Below, one piece after another: positions 46,101 to 60,900 of a stretch of DNA of 64,000 nt. The notes under the pieces were generated by a model. It worked only from the letters and a program-made list of their open reading frames with translations, ran no database searches and was not told the DNA's origin. Origin of the DNA: Trichodelitschia bisporula (Eukaryota). The position numbers and the translations under genes were made by a program. The stretch is taken from NCBI GenBank assembly GCA_010356995.1, contig ML996692.1, forward strand, positions 62,001 through 126,000, read 5' to 3'. Position 1 is the stretch's first letter, and each line of letters begins with the position of its first letter.

Positions 46101-49100
46101 CGTGTTCCGCGTCCCGAGCCCCGCGATGCGCCGTCGGTGCCGGTGACCGGGATTCGGGGCACACCTTACCGGTAACATGGTTACCAAGAAGCTTTCGAGC
46201 CAATCGCAGTTCCACATGGGCCAGGTGTGCATATCCCATGTTTGCGGCGCAGCGTAGTCCTCCCCACTGGATTCGACCTGCCAATTGCTGGGCGGGATGA
46301 GAACTTCGGAGCTCAAATTGAACCCTGGCGTCGCGTCCATGGCGTGGCCAAGCTCAACTTTAACCTTTGCGCCTACGTCTAGCCTTGCCATCGAGTTATC
46401 AGGCTAACCTTTTGCCCGTTTTACCGCCGGCCCTGCTCTACGGGTTGGTAAGGACCCGGTTGGCCGGAAATTGGAGAATGAGGGGAAAACAGCCTTAATT
46501 TTATGGCATTTTGCTTGACAGCCTCGCGAGGGGATGGAAAGCAATGCGAAGGGTCAAGCTCCGCTGCATGTGCCCAGCTGGCGCATCTTCCTGTCCTCGA
46601 CTCGTAAGAATGGCTGAGCAAGTTCCAGCTTCATGGAAAGATGACCACGTCTCGGGGACATAAACACAAAATGCGGCTCGAAAACGTCAAGTCGGTGGAG
46701 TCGAAACTGATCAAACCGCGCCGGAAGGCTCTTACGAAAGCCGCTCCGGTCCGCCAAGTTAACAAGTATCTTGGCTTGTATCCACGGTGCGCCATTTGAG
46801 CTGTGGCGGAATCTCCTACAGACTACCGAGTGGAGCATTGTCGTCCAGAGTAGCCAATGCGGACAACGTATTGGCGAGCTGAATTGATCGTGAGCTCTGC
46901 ATCTCTTGTAGAACTGAGCTCTTGGCCACATTATTGATTCAACAGAGTTTGCACTTGCAAACAAAAAAGTAAAGGACTCGAAGTGCGTCCGCATGCGGTA
47001 TGTGCATATAAATGCATATTGACTACTGCAGCAGGGGGTGGCGGGCGTCGGACGCCTCGTGCCGATACTGCGCTAAACTTCACAACCTGGCTCTTGCAGA
47101 TGCTCATGCCGTCAGCGTGGGTTACGGTAGACGAAGTCGCAGCGGCTGAAACGCATATTTGTGGGGGAAAAGTTGCCAGTGTGGTCCTTTCGTCATGATC
47201 GCCACGGTCTCACTTGCCATGCAAAGCAACTGGAGAGCATGCACACGCTACCGTAAATGCGGCTTGGAGGAACGCACGATTTAGATACCGCAGAACGGAG
47301 GCCCGTACAGCGATTGCTCGCTTCCGTGATGCAATTGGCCTGACTCGGTGGTTTTGGTAGTGTGAAAGAAGGGGTTAGAAAGACGCCCACGACGGCCAAT
47401 GTCTCCTGACCGGTAAACCTCTTCTCATGATAGGAATGTTTGAGCTGAGATAGATGGTGTATTCAAGCTTTGAAAAGTAAAAAATGTGTGCAGGTGTGGT
47501 GCGGAGAGTCGAGGGGCGGCAATACCCTTTTCCACCACCGTCCCTTGGCTCGCCTGCGCCTTCTTCGCCCGGGACCTTGCGCCAGATCCCCGATCCATGT
47601 GGATCGTGGCGCTCATCACCGCCTCCGAATGGCTGTAAAGTACCCTTGTCTCAGCCAATAGCGAGTCCGACTCTATCATGAAGCATGTCGTTGGTGGAGG
47701 CACCTTTCTCCAAGGCTCTTGGATGCATCGAAGACCTGTCTGTCGTTGACACTCGGCATCACGGCTATGGCGCTACAGAATCACGCACTATAGGATGGCT
47801 TCCTCAACCCTGGAGGGAAAACTTGCCCGCCTTCTCTACTTGGCTAATCCGAGGCGAGCGAACAGCACACAGAAGACAAGAACAATAAAGCTAAAGAGTC
47901 TTGCATCCGCCAGGATGAGCCCCGTAGCGAGGAGGTAGCATCTCCGCTTTTATCCAGTACGGTGCAGTGCTGCATATCACTGTACAGATGCGGACGTGCT
48001 GCCGCTTAGGATAGGGCGTCTTGTGCTACCGTCAACGGCGAACAAGCGGGAGGCGGCGGGCAGAGCGGCTAGAACTAGTCCGCAAAGCTCTTTCGACATT
48101 GGTGTCTGGACTGAAAGTCGGTGTGGGGGTGCGGGTACGGGCTCGAAGTTATGTCGAATGCGGATGGTCTAACGGATACTGCTGTGCCAAATGTAGTCGG
48201 AGACTGACGAAATATCCAACAGCCCGTCTACAAGCTGCAAGCACACGCCATTTCTGCACCCTGCACCTGCAAGTCATCGAGAAGAACAAACCATCGAGGC
48301 GAATAAGAAGCATGAAATTGGTACCGGTGGCATCTAGGAGTAACGAGCAAAGCAAAAGCACACATGAACTCCATCAGGATGCGATCCTTATCCCACTCTC
48401 TATTCCATCTAACAATGACACTGCCACCCAGCCAACTCCTACATCGTGGAAAACGCCGTGCCCTCAACGGGGAAAGAAGCACCCGAGCCTGCTGAAAAAG
48501 GTCTGAAGTGTCGATCGATGTTCGAGCGTCAGCCTTGCTCCATAATAATTACAAAGAAGAGTAAGGACGGAGAACTCCAAAAACTCAAGCCGCCACCAGG
48601 TCAACCAGCCTAGACAAGAACCAAGTGCGCCGGTATCCAGTAGTCCTCGCGGACTAGCCTCTTTACTGGCGGGGGGGTTCCTTCGCAGGATCCACAGACC
48701 GCCCAGCATTCAATTCTAGTTTCGTCTCGTAGATTATTGCTTCTCTGTACCTCATATATGCGGGCGAATGTGACGGGGAAACCGAAAGTGAAGGGATGGC
48801 GCCGGCGGCTGTGAGAGGAATGGTGAAGGAACACAAAACGAGGATCGTGGAAGCGTTGGAATCCCAGAAGGTGCAATGAAGGGGTATGCGATGATGTCCA
48901 TGTCACAAGAGAGAAAGGGAGCTGTCGTAGCCGACTCCATCGTTAAAAGGAAAAGGACGTGTGCAGCAGTCGAGGAGGCGACGATGTGACGCGGTGATGA
49001 GCACAAAGGCTTGGATCCCGCAATCTGACCGGGTAGTGGAACTTGTGGTGACATGCCTCACTGCAAGTGTCGGTCGTCGATCCATGCGGTGGCTATTTAG

Positions 49101-52100
49101 GTTGTGCGCCCCTCACAATCCGCCCATCACCCCGTTTGGCTGCTGCCGTTTTCACCTACAGCCGCATGTTAGTTCTAGCACGTAAAAAAAAAGAAATACT
49201 GTGTGGCACGCATGTTTGAGACAAGTCGCAATGGTGCGAAGTTGAGACCAAATGATTGGTCCGATTGGTGACTTCTGGAAGACCACTTGGAAGCGACCTC
49301 GAAGTGACATGGAAGACTTCAAGGAGGGGTAGGGGCGGAGTCAGATGAAGGGCCGACCGAAGGACAAAGAAAAAGCGGTACGTACACTGCGACGCTAGGC
49401 CTTGTAGGCGCAAGGCCTGCATGTCTTGAGTTTACACCGTTCACATTCGAAGATGTACCAGTGCGGACCACTATGGCACAAGTTGCAATGCCAGAGGATC
49501 AGAGTCGTATCCGATTTAATCATCTTGAAGGAATGATCGCAGTTGCCGACGGCCATGGTGTTAAAAAAGATAGACAGGATGTAGCTGGTTGGTGCAGGGA
49601 TGTGTCAATGCTGTTGCAGGACTGATGCTAGCTAAAGTCAGCGAAATGCGTTCTTTGAGGTTGGTGAAGCTGCAGTTGCGCCACTTCCATGGAACAAGGG
49701 AGACATACTAGTATGCTCACTAGCAATCGTGTCAGGTGGAGTTGAAAAGCGAAGAAAGCTCAAGGCCAATTGAAATAGGTTTGCGGACTTGAGGTGGAAA
49801 GGTGGAAGGAGCTGATGGACCCGGGATGGCGGCACGGGAGGCACTTTATATCTCCAAGATCTCGAGGCGAACACTTATGAGGCCAGGGGCTTGCACCGTA
49901 GTGGTCTTTCCAATCGACCTTGTTCGTCTTGATGGGCGTTTGACAATGACTCGAGGATGGGAACAAAAAATGGGCGGACTGCCTTCAGCATTATATGCTT
50001 ATCCCGAAAGACGCATTGCCCCTTCTCTCGTCTGCTTCTTGTTGCTTCGGCTGTTTGTGATACCAAGCAAAGTATTGCTCTTTCCTGCTTGTACCTAACA
50101 TCACTGGCTGCGTGGAACTTGAGGCAGCGCAGCTATCCGCACCGTCTCTGAGAGTGGAATGAGGTATGTGATGGCTTCATAGAAGCGATAGAAGGGTTCG
50201 CCAAAGGCGGACAGCTCCTGACCAAATGGGTCTGTCGCACTTTACGGGCTCGGATTCTGAGCCGGGGTAGGGGTAGGTTGAAGTCCACTACGCACTACTA
50301 CCCTGGTTTTCTACAACGTATCAAGTGGTACATACTTTGAGGGGTGAGTATGGGGGAGAAGTGGGTACAGCCGTAGCTGGTGTGAGTTGCGTATGCATGG
50401 GGAGTGGAGGGGGTGTAAGGTGACAGACCAGAGCTTGGCTCAGGCGGCCTTGAAGCGGCAGCCAGCCCCGCCTAGTGCTTTAGCGGCGGTGGTGTAAAGA
50501 CGAAAGGCGGGCCAAAAGATGGTCCAAAGGGCTGTAAATGCTTGTCAAACTGGGGCTGAATCCGCTGCCATAGCAGTGGGTTGCATTTCCAACAACCTGT
50601 AACCAATCCCTGTTACGGTCGAGGACGTTGTGGTGTGTCTGGTCTAGTGCATTTACATTGATGCTCAGAAATGCTCCGAGAGTTCTAGCAAAATAACTGA
50701 GAGCGGGCAGTTTGATTTCACACCGTCTGAAGTTGGTGGCACATAGAGCCCCTACAACTGTCCTGGACGTATTTCGTTCGTTGCAACCATTGCATCTTCC
50801 TTTCACATGTCGTCCGCCGTCATTCCTCCCGTCGGCCTCGGTGTATCTGTCCCACAGACCATAAACGGCTGTCCGGATGGTACGTGCGACTTCTGTTGCA
50901 TAGGACAGCCCAAATGCTCGCCAAAGCAGTTAAATGGTCTGCGACTCAAGCGACGAGAGGTGGCAAGAGCGGTCAAGATTCCTTGCCATTTGAAGCCCCG
51001 CTGGGTCGGCGAGCCGAAAGAGGACGGGGAGATGCGTAGCGAAGCATATTACAAGCGATCTGAAAGCTGCTTCTATTGCAGTTGATCCATACAAACATGA
51101 CACCAGGCCCTTCTTCGGCTCGGTTTCCATGTGGTGGGTCACCAATCTAGAAGGCTTCCATGGACCACACGGCGTCACTCGCAAGGCATGAAAGGCCGGA
51201 GTGGCTCCTGCGTTCGTAGCCCACCTTCAAGATGCCGAAGAATGGGAAGCCTAACTGGCGTCGTTAGGCAAGTAAGATTTTCGCCCAGCCTTCTGGTTAG
51301 CTTAGGGGAATGATGACGGTCCATGAATCAGACCCCAGGAGAATGTGAACGAGGCGTAGCGGATATGCTGCCGGAGGAAGTTATCGAGTGAGGGCTGGTC
51401 CGCATTATTGGGGAAGGGAGGCCATAAAGACGATGGAGGGATGAGGTGGGGTACATTTGGCTGGCCAACATGAAGATGCTACCCCTCATCCAAGTGGCCT
51501 ATTTGGTATAAGGCATGCCTTTCTCTTACACATTGCCACAGCTTCACTCTACCACGCCGCATCGCCTCTTTGTTGCCTTTGCTGGGATTTGTGGAGAGAG
51601 ACAGCGGAGATAGATGCGGAAGGGCGTTGATGGCGGACGTGGTGGGCTGGTGGTGGTGTCGATAATGGTGGTTGTGAGTGACGCGTGGTCGCACGCCCAA
51701 AGAGCCAGACACAAACCTGGTATCTGGGAAACGCTAAACAAACAGACTACCAAGATTCGACGAGGACACAGGGCAGGGTTCCACAGATATGGACCTCCCA
51801 AAGTGCAGAATAGATTCGCCCTACTGCGTACAACCATCGTCCTTTGCTCGCCTTGAGAGAGTCGGCTCCGGTCAACTCACATTGTAATATCCTCTCCTCC
51901 ATCTCTTACAGTATCCTCGCACTCTAGTTCTACTCGACTGACCAAGCTGCCAGAATTATGAAGCTGACCTTCTTCCATCGCGCCGATCGCCTCCCTTTCT
52001 TTGATACATGCGTATACCGAATACGGCGAACGTCAACTCTAACTCGCGGTGCCGCGGTCCGGATACCAGGGATTGTACGCACATGGTGTGCCACCGATGT

Positions 52101-55100
52101 TATGCGGGCTGGCGAAGGCCTGTCGCTGAAGCGAAAGAACAGGACTCGACAACCCCACGCCGAGGACCTTACCCGCAGTGCGTCGCAGTCACCTGCTTCA
52201 TCTTCGCCGTTTGAGAGAAAGCCTCATTCCCGTGTTCTCACTACGCGAGGACGATGACATGTCGTTGAATGGAACGAACGGCCCCCTCCATTTCCACCCC
52301 CACCATTTTTGGGGGGCGCGCGGCCTCGCGCGTGGGGGAAGCACTCCCAACTCGTCCTCATGGCCGAGCTGGAGGCTGGAAGCCGTGTGGTTGATTTTGG
52401 TGTGCACGTCTTGAATGAGCTAGCCGCAGCGGTCAGAACATCAGCACATTTTCAACTGGTCCAACTGGTTGCTGATTCCTGGCGGCGAGCTCAATGATCC
52501 ACTCAGCTCCCAGCGCCACCCTCGCAGCCTTTTACCAGATGCAGACCCGGATGGAGAATGTACGGTACGAGGCAGTTTATCGGCGATTTTACAACAGGGA
52601 ACGGTCCCGGAGGCATCCGTACATCCGTAGAAGCCGCCCGCCGGCTGCAGTTGCACTCGCGCATAGTGTTTTCCTGGAACTTCCCTGGGCGCATAAGCAG
52701 GCTTCTTCGTATTCGGCCGCTTCGGGATATCCCGGTCAGTGATAAACCAAACTTAAACTTCACCACAAACGATTGAGTATCCATGCTATGGATGACCGGA
52801 TAACCACTGAGCTCAACATCGACCGGCAAAGAAAAAGGCCAGAGCCCCTTCATCCGTATCTCATCTCTCTCCATCTGTCCGCTCTCACATTACGTGCCAC
52901 CCGTCATGGGCGCGGGCGCGGTGGGATATGCATTCCGTCGCCTCGCCGCATCGGCGGCCCAGTACGACAAATGAGCGGGCTCATGCAATCGCGGCTTGAA
53001 ATGGCAACGGCTGGAAGTGTGTCGCTCCCCCACCCCTTGCTGTAGCAGCATCGCAAACGCTTCTCACCTAAAAGAATTGTCCTATTTTCCCGCGACCTGG
53101 GATTCGCTGTGTTTTAACCCTTGCCTATGTACGGGTACGTTGCGATAGCTTTCCCATGCTTTCGGAACGGCAGTCACTACCCTGCCCACGCCTGCAACCT
53201 CCCTCGCCCACCCCACCTTAACTATGGATGTGTCTGCAGCTGCTCTGCAGCATTCATCAACTTCAACCTTGCGGCATAATCTTGTAATTTATGGGTTGAT
53301 GCAAGCTGACCTCAGCTTGCATGGGACTCCTCCAATGTTAGTTTTCAGCCTTTGTTGCATCGTGAAGCAAGTGCCTAACCGTTTTGTATGACGCCTTTGG
53401 CGCTCCACGCGACAAACCGGTGTCCGGGGAGCTGATAAGCGCTGCCAAAAGCAACGTATATTTTTAAGCTCTAATACCACACCGGGGACGAAAGGATCCA
53501 TGATCACCCGTCTTGGGTTGTAACAGCCCGCGTGGGATGGGCCGGCTGACCGATTGCACTTCACTCGGAGGCTCTGTCTGATGTCTGCACGTCGAAGGAC
53601 CTGAATGCCTGAATGCATAGAGAGTTCTGTGGCAACACACGCGCCTCAGTGCAATTGAAACGGAGGGGGACAACGCTACGCCCTACGATACCTGCCGTGC
53701 TTCCCACTTCTCAACCGCGGTTACACTGCATCAGCCACTGGCAGTTCAAATCTGCTTTGGTCCCCTGCTGGTTTCACTGGGACGCACTCAGGTGTGGATT
53801 TGATCATGCGGGAGCTGTTGCACCGATCCGAAAGCAATCGTGGCTGACGCCTTCTTACAACGTCACGACCGTGTTCGGGCCAGGTTCCGCGACATCACAG
53901 CCCTTTGCGGTGCGGCCCGCTGACACCCTCGCAAATCCTTCACTACCGGGGCCGCTGATCCGGCCGGTCGTCAAGACGGTGATAGACGCGCCGTCTTGTT
54001 CGTTCTCGACCGTTTGACATCTTTGGGCGACCATTGCGGCCAGTTTAAGCGGCCGTAAGATGATGTCTCGTGTTTGGGACAGCCGCGAACGGCAGTTGAG
54101 CCGCTTCTATGCGACGTGGGATATATGTCGAGCGGGCCAAACTGCCGAGCTGAGCAGCGTGTGCAGACGCGTTTGAACAATCTCCTGGGACTGATGGTTG
54201 ATGCCATCTTTAGTAGATGTTGCTCGTCTAAGGTACGGTGAGTGCCGCAGACGTAAGGGACGTAGACGACGCTCGACTTCCAACGGGATGCCAAAGGATT
54301 TTGGCTTTAACCCGCACGGCACTCACCATCCGTCTTGTATTTTGGCATTATGTATCCTTCAATGGCTAATCCACCAGCAGACGAACACCCGCACCAGCGA
54401 GCCTTGCATCTACCGTAGGGTTGTCCTCCAACTACCTGACAGCCGGTTCCACCGTCGTACGGCAGTCGCGCAGCACTCCTGCGGCGAATCTTCGCGACGA
54501 CGCCGTCGTCGCGCATGTCGACTCCCCAAGGTGCGGGCAGTGGAGCGCGAGAGGCACAGAGAGGGAGATTGTCTTGTTAGCTCGACCGTTTCCCGTCAAA
54601 TATCCCCGCCGTCGCACCACGTCAAGCACACTAGCCCGCTGCCACGCCATCTGCGAGACGTCGGTGTCATCTGGCCTGGCCGGCGGATCCTTACGCGGAT
54701 TGCGAAACGCCGGCGTCGACGAGGCCAGATGCGTCGAGATGCGGAGGCGCAGTGCCCGTGAGACCGTGGCGACGGGTTTATTAAGACTTGTCGCCCCTCC
54801 TTCCGGCGTTCCTTTGTCGCGCGGGGGGTTGCGGTAAGCGGACAGAGCGCTGTTTGGTGGTGGTGCGTTGTAACCGATACTGTTCTTTGCGGAAAGTGGT
54901 TCATTACCTACAAGTTGTGGTCTGATGGATGTTACGGCTTCAGGCCTTGTCACTTGATAAGTTCTCATGGGTCTTATGACTTGGAAAGAGGCTTACGGCT
55001 TCATATGAGGGCAAATCAACGCGCCGGGCAGGCGTGGAGGTACCTACGGTATGCCCTCTTGCGGGACTACCGTACCGTATGTCTCCGATGACGCCACGCT

Positions 55101-57954
55101 CAAGAAAATCTCGAGGAAGTCCTATCGGTGAATCTGCCCTCGAATGAACTCTAGAGGCAACCGACCCTTTCGGTTCTTGTCAAAACATACAAGCTCATAG
55201 GATGCTATCAATCGCGTGTCTTGTGGCGGTGACACTGAGCACGAGCTGAACAAGATGTCCGCGATGTACGGTACGTGAATCCGGAAGGACGTTGCCTCGG
55301 AGCGTTGACCGGATCTGACGCATGCATCAGCTCATGGAAGAAGTCCACAGCTGACTCCAGCCAGCCCTATCATCAGACCACCTGCATCCTATCAACATCG
55401 TACGCACCGGGACCTATCAGGTACCCGCACCAACCAGCACGCCTCAGCAGCGGTTCCGCGAAGACGGGGATTCCCAACTCGTCGGGGCATGAATCCTGGA
55501 ACGGCTCATCACACCGCCTTACTTCAACTTCGATCCTGCACCTTCGGTTCCAATGCGACTTCAATCATTCCGCCCGAAATTCCCTAATCAATAAAACGAC
55601 TCTTCAGACTGCTCACATACGCCTTGCCGCCACAGCACCCGCGCGCTTGGGTCAGCCGCGCCACGCCCACAGGGCTCTGCCGCGTGTCTCGCACCGCATG
55701 CCTCACCACTCATGTGCCGCCATCCAACCCCCGCATTCCTCCGGTCCCACTTGTCGCATGGAAGAAGCCGCTGCACCATCAAATGTGCGAACCAGAAAAG
55801 GCATTTCATCACCGAAGTCCAGACATGAGTGTTAGGTCTGCAATCGCCCCGCCTAATGCAGTTCCCGCTTCCGTATTAAGCGACGCGGGCCCACATCGGC
55901 GTTGCCAGTGCTGTCACAGGTCCGCGAACTGGAGCTTGCCGTGCGATGGCCTGCAGTGAATGAAGCGAGCTGCTTGATTGGGTAGAGGCCACGCTTGTCG
56001 TTTGAACGGAGAAGGCCGACATCTGCAGACCGAGGGAAGTGAAGGATGCCTTCCGTATGGATGGCCACGAGCTCGAGCTGCACACCCCAGCACGTCAACA
56101 TGCACAATCCAACGCGGTACGTAAATCACCTCCGCATCTCCAGTCCGCATACGGGAACACGAGCCGCATATCCAGACCAAAGGCCAACCACATATTTCAG
56201 TTCATTACAGGCAATCTCGACGAAGCGGGCAAACACCCCTTTACAACCAACGCCGCCCGCAGCCCACCGTCACCAACTCCCTGCCGCGTGGCGCAGGAGT
56301 TAACTCCGCCCCACATCAGACCCGGGTATGCAGCAACGAGCGAGAGCCTTGCCTCGCCCTGTCCATCCAACTTGCACGCTCTCCATCCCTACGCATCCTT
56401 TACCTCATTTCTCCCCCCTCCCGCCCCCTTCCCGCCATCCCGTCGCCGTCCGTAACGCGCCCACGCACGGCCCTCTGCCACAGGCTGCGGCACTGCGGCA
56501 CCGGTGTTCTCACCCCCGCGGTCGCGGTGCTTCCTTCCCGTCATGGCGAAATCCCGTCACCGCAAGCTTTGCGTGTGAGAGCGGGGCAGCGCGAGACAGG
56601 AGGTTCGAGGTACCGTCCGCGAGCTTGCTTTGTGGCTGACCGGAAGCAAGTGCGCTGCGGGCCGGACGTTGACAGGCGTGCAGTGCGGCGAAGGACCAAG
56701 GGGACATGTCTCAAACCCAACCGCCTATTGGCCGTGTGTCAACCCGCCAGGCGGGGATTGTACCGCGGCAAGCGACGCGATCCACGACTTGGTCAGGTTT
56801 GTATAAACAGACATCCACAAACCCAAAGCTTACCTACAGCTCGACAGCGCGATCGCGTCTCCTGCAACATACATAGCCCGTTGCAAGGCGGGGATCGTCG
56901 GCCGTGCCGCGGCCAGTACCCCGTTGCGGCGGACGTGCACCGCTCGTGAAGTACGCGAGCTTACATCGGTCCCGCCGCATATGGTAGAGGTGACAGGTTG
57001 CCGTGGCGCGTCTTCGGACACGAACGTCCCCACCCACGCCCGCCCGATCGCGCCGTGATGGGCCACATCTCGTGCTGCGGGATGCCGGCCAGTAGCACGG
57101 ATGGCTCCAGCATGAGACGATGCCGCCCGTCCTACGGCCAGCCTGGCCGGCAGTCCGGGCGCTGGGGACCTCGGGCTCGGTACAGTACATGACGACCGAG
57201 TCGGGCCGTCGGCGCGGTTGTCGGGATGCACGACCGTGGTCCCTTTGCCCGGAACTTTGAAGGGGCGACGGTGTATGGCTCTTGCTCAAGCTGGCAGCTG
57301 CCGCCCTTTCCCCGCGCGTGTCTGATGTGGTTATGGAAGGAGCATTGGTATGTCAGGAAGGAGCATCCTAAGGGATATGATGTAATGAGCTCATGAGAGA
57401 AGGAGGATATTTGGTATCGTGGATTTTTATCTCGAGAGTCTCTGATTTTATTCGTCTCTTTGTCTTTTACTTCAATATTTAGTATATACAGTTGCCTTTG
57501 CATGTGTTAGAGCTTTGCTCCTGTCACTGACATCACGGTACTGATACCCGATGTCAAGCCGAGTTCTGTTCGGCAAATCCACTCCATCTTCGTGAATGAG
57601 TCGAGAGCCACAGTAGTAATATAAGTCCTTGTAACGTCTCTTTACTCATTGTTCGTGTTCGTCCCAATCTGGCTGCTGGTCGAGCTGGCAGCTCCCGGCC
57701 GCGCCTTACCTTCTTGCCCAAGATCCCGATGTACGCTCCCGACCCGTGTCCCGATCAGCACATAGTCTCCGTCTTCACGATGGGTTGATAGCCATAGTAG
57801 TCACAATGCTCCTTGTACCGCTATCTCCCCATTGCTCGTGCCCGTTCAAGCCCTCCTACCCGTCACTCAGCACACATTCTAAGCATCAAGAAGGAAGCGG
57901 TACCGTACTCATAGGGTGTATCAATCTCCCCGCCCAAAACCGCCACTCCAGTCC

Positions 57955-60900
57955 CTACTCCCCCTCAATCCTAACATCCTCCCCGCCCACCCCCCTCTCA
58001 ATCTCCCCCCCCAACGCAAGAACCCATCTATCCCTCTCAACCCGACTTCTCGCCCTAAACACCATCCCCCGCCCCTGCTTCCCCAGTGCACTAACCCTCT
58101 TAAGTCCCAACCCCAACCCCCCTCCCCCCCCCTCCTTCCCCTCCCTAAAAAACCCCTTCCGTCTCGCCCTCCAAACCACAAAACAACAAACCAAATCCTC
58201 ATCACAACTCGTCCACCCCTCCGGAAGCCACACCCTCGGCACCCCACTCCCCGCCACGGCGCCAGATGCACTATCCCTATACACCAAATCCCCCTCCACC
58301 AACACCCCACTATACAAATAACACTCCCCCAACGGAATACTCTCAACCTTATTCCACCCCACCTCCGGCCGCGCCTGCCCGCCCGCCCCCCTCCGCTGCC
58401 GGAAAATATGCAACCCCCCTGCGGCAGCCACGCATACAACCTTCTCAAACAATCCCCGCCGTTTCTTCTTCCTGTAAAGCGGGCCAGCCATCACGACTGC
58501 GCGACACCCGCCCACGCCGCACAGGTTGTATAAAGAGGGGGACGCGACGCTGGCCGCGACTTCCCATTTCTTAGCCCGTTGGCCTACATCCGCCTCCGCT
58601 GCCTCGTCGATATGCAGCGCGGTTAGATTGGCGCGGCGGGTGGACTGCAAAAGCGCGGTATCGGCCGCGCGGCGCGCGGTCCAGTACCGCGCCAGGGCGC
58701 GCAGACGCGTGATCCATTCGGAGCACGTGGTGCTGTCGAAGGCCTGCAGTCGGACCGTCTGCCCGTTCCCGAGGACGATTTCGAAGGTCCGATCGTCAGC
58801 CGCGACCTCGGGCCCTGGGGCGGCCATATCGGCCTCAGAAGAGGACTCCGAGCCCGCGCGCTCGTTGACCTCCCCGTTCGTGCCATCCGGATTCTGAAGC
58901 CCGCGAACGGTGGCTACTTGCGTGAGATCGATGTACCCGTCCGCACTGGTCAGGTTATACGCCGAGCGCGCGGCCTCAGCCTGCGCTGCCTGGTCATGAG
59001 CCGCGACGGTAGCGCGGGGCGTCGGCGGGGCGAGCCAGGTGATTTGCCCGTCGGTCAGGGGGTACGGCGTTACAGCGTAAATGAGCGGGACGGCGTCCGC
59101 TTCGTCATCCGTGTGTGCGGCAAGGGGTCCAGGGCGACGGGGGGGCGGAGGGGGCGGAGCAGCGCGCGCAGGCCGGCTGAAGAAGAGGAGGTGGTCGTGG
59201 GTAGAAAAGTATAGGCGCTTGAAGAACAGGCGGCTGACGGACTGGTGTACGCCCTTCTGGCTCGTGAGGCGGATTAAGAAGCCCTCCACCGGCGGGGGTT
59301 CGGTGAGTTCGCCCCTTGAGGGCGTGGGCGCTGTGGTGGGGAAGTGTTCTTTAGGGCGGAGTTCGAGGTCGTGCGATTTCATCATGGCCATGGTGCCGTA
59401 CATGCGCTTTTCGTTTGTGCCGTGGATCCACTCGAGCCTATCGTAGCGCTTCCATGCGAGGCCGATGGGTTGGTCGGGCGCCCAGGAGGACATGACGCCG
59501 GCCCAGTCCTGGGAGGATTCGAGAACGGCGAGGCTGCGGCGAATGAGGTTGCCGGCGACGAGCTGCTCGCGCTCCATTGTTTTCTGGATGATTTTCTCTT
59601 CGTCTACTTCCTCGTCGTCTTCTTCGTCGTCGGCGAGCTCTCCGAATGGATCTTCGATCCGCAGCGATACGTTCAGGTCCGGGATGCTGATCTGGATGTC
59701 GCTCGTGCGATGATAGCCCAGCACCCCGCGTAGGAACGTGTACCACTCGACGCCGTTGGCGGCAGAGCGCGCACGCAAGATAGAGATCTTGGTGCCCTTC
59801 TCACCGGGCTCCCAGATTACGACCGTCTTGTCGAGCGAGGAGTACAGGTTGACCTTTGCGTGCTTGCGGCTGAGGATAATTTCACGCACCGGGCGCTTGC
59901 GCGTCTTCTCGCCCTCCACAGCGGGAATGACCTGCATGTACCGTTAGCACAAGCTGAATACCAGGAACCTCAACTAACCCTTGTCTTATAAAACTGCAGC
60001 ACAAACTCCGCCTCCTCCCGATGACTCTGCCGACACACAACCATAGCCTCGCTCCACCGTTCCAGTGTCCGCGTCACAACCCCCTGCCCATTCTCATCAT
60101 AATCCGGCGGCAGATTCTTATCAAGCGAGGCCTCCACCCTCACAAGCATCTTCTCCATCTTGACAATCTGCCCCTCCACCGTCTTCCGTCTCAACACCCG
60201 CCGAAAAGGCCGCTTAACATCCCCCTCCAGCATCCGCGCCGCGCTAAGCACCCGCTCCACCCGCCCCTCACCCGGTTCCGGCACATCAAACTTGATATGC
60301 CCCGTTCCCTTCTGCCGTCGCTCCGCCGACTCGCCTACGCGAGTCACCACCCGCGACACACCACCTAGTATCCCCCCGCGCGCACTCATAGCTGCGTCGC
60401 CTCCAGTCGCGTGCCCTTCAGGCCCATCCTCCGCCCGCGGCGTCCGCTGAATCAATTCCTCCGTCGACGACACCGGCTGCAAATGCGCGCCCTGGCTAGA
60501 CACACTCTCCAACGGCACCGACCCGCTATTAATCGACCCCAACCGCGTCGGATCCAGCGGTTCAGGCGCAAGCCTCGCATTCTCCTCTCCCTCCGGCGCA
60601 CTAACAAACGTATCCGTCGTATCCGAGCGCTGCTGCTCAGCCGACCGCGGCTGCCTCACAGGCGTATCCGTATTCCCAGCCCCAGGCTCCGCCTCTTCCT
60701 CTTCCTCGACCGCACTCTCCTCCTCACTCAGATCCTCGGGCCGGGGAAAACTGCTTTCCCACACCGCGGCCGCGCTCGGACCCTCCAGCCCCGTCACCCG
60801 CCGCTGCATACTCACTCGCCCATCAGCGGAGAAAGTAGCCACGCGCGTGGGGGTGTGATGAGGCAGATGGAAATGGTGCTGCGCGGGCGCGGTCCAGCCC

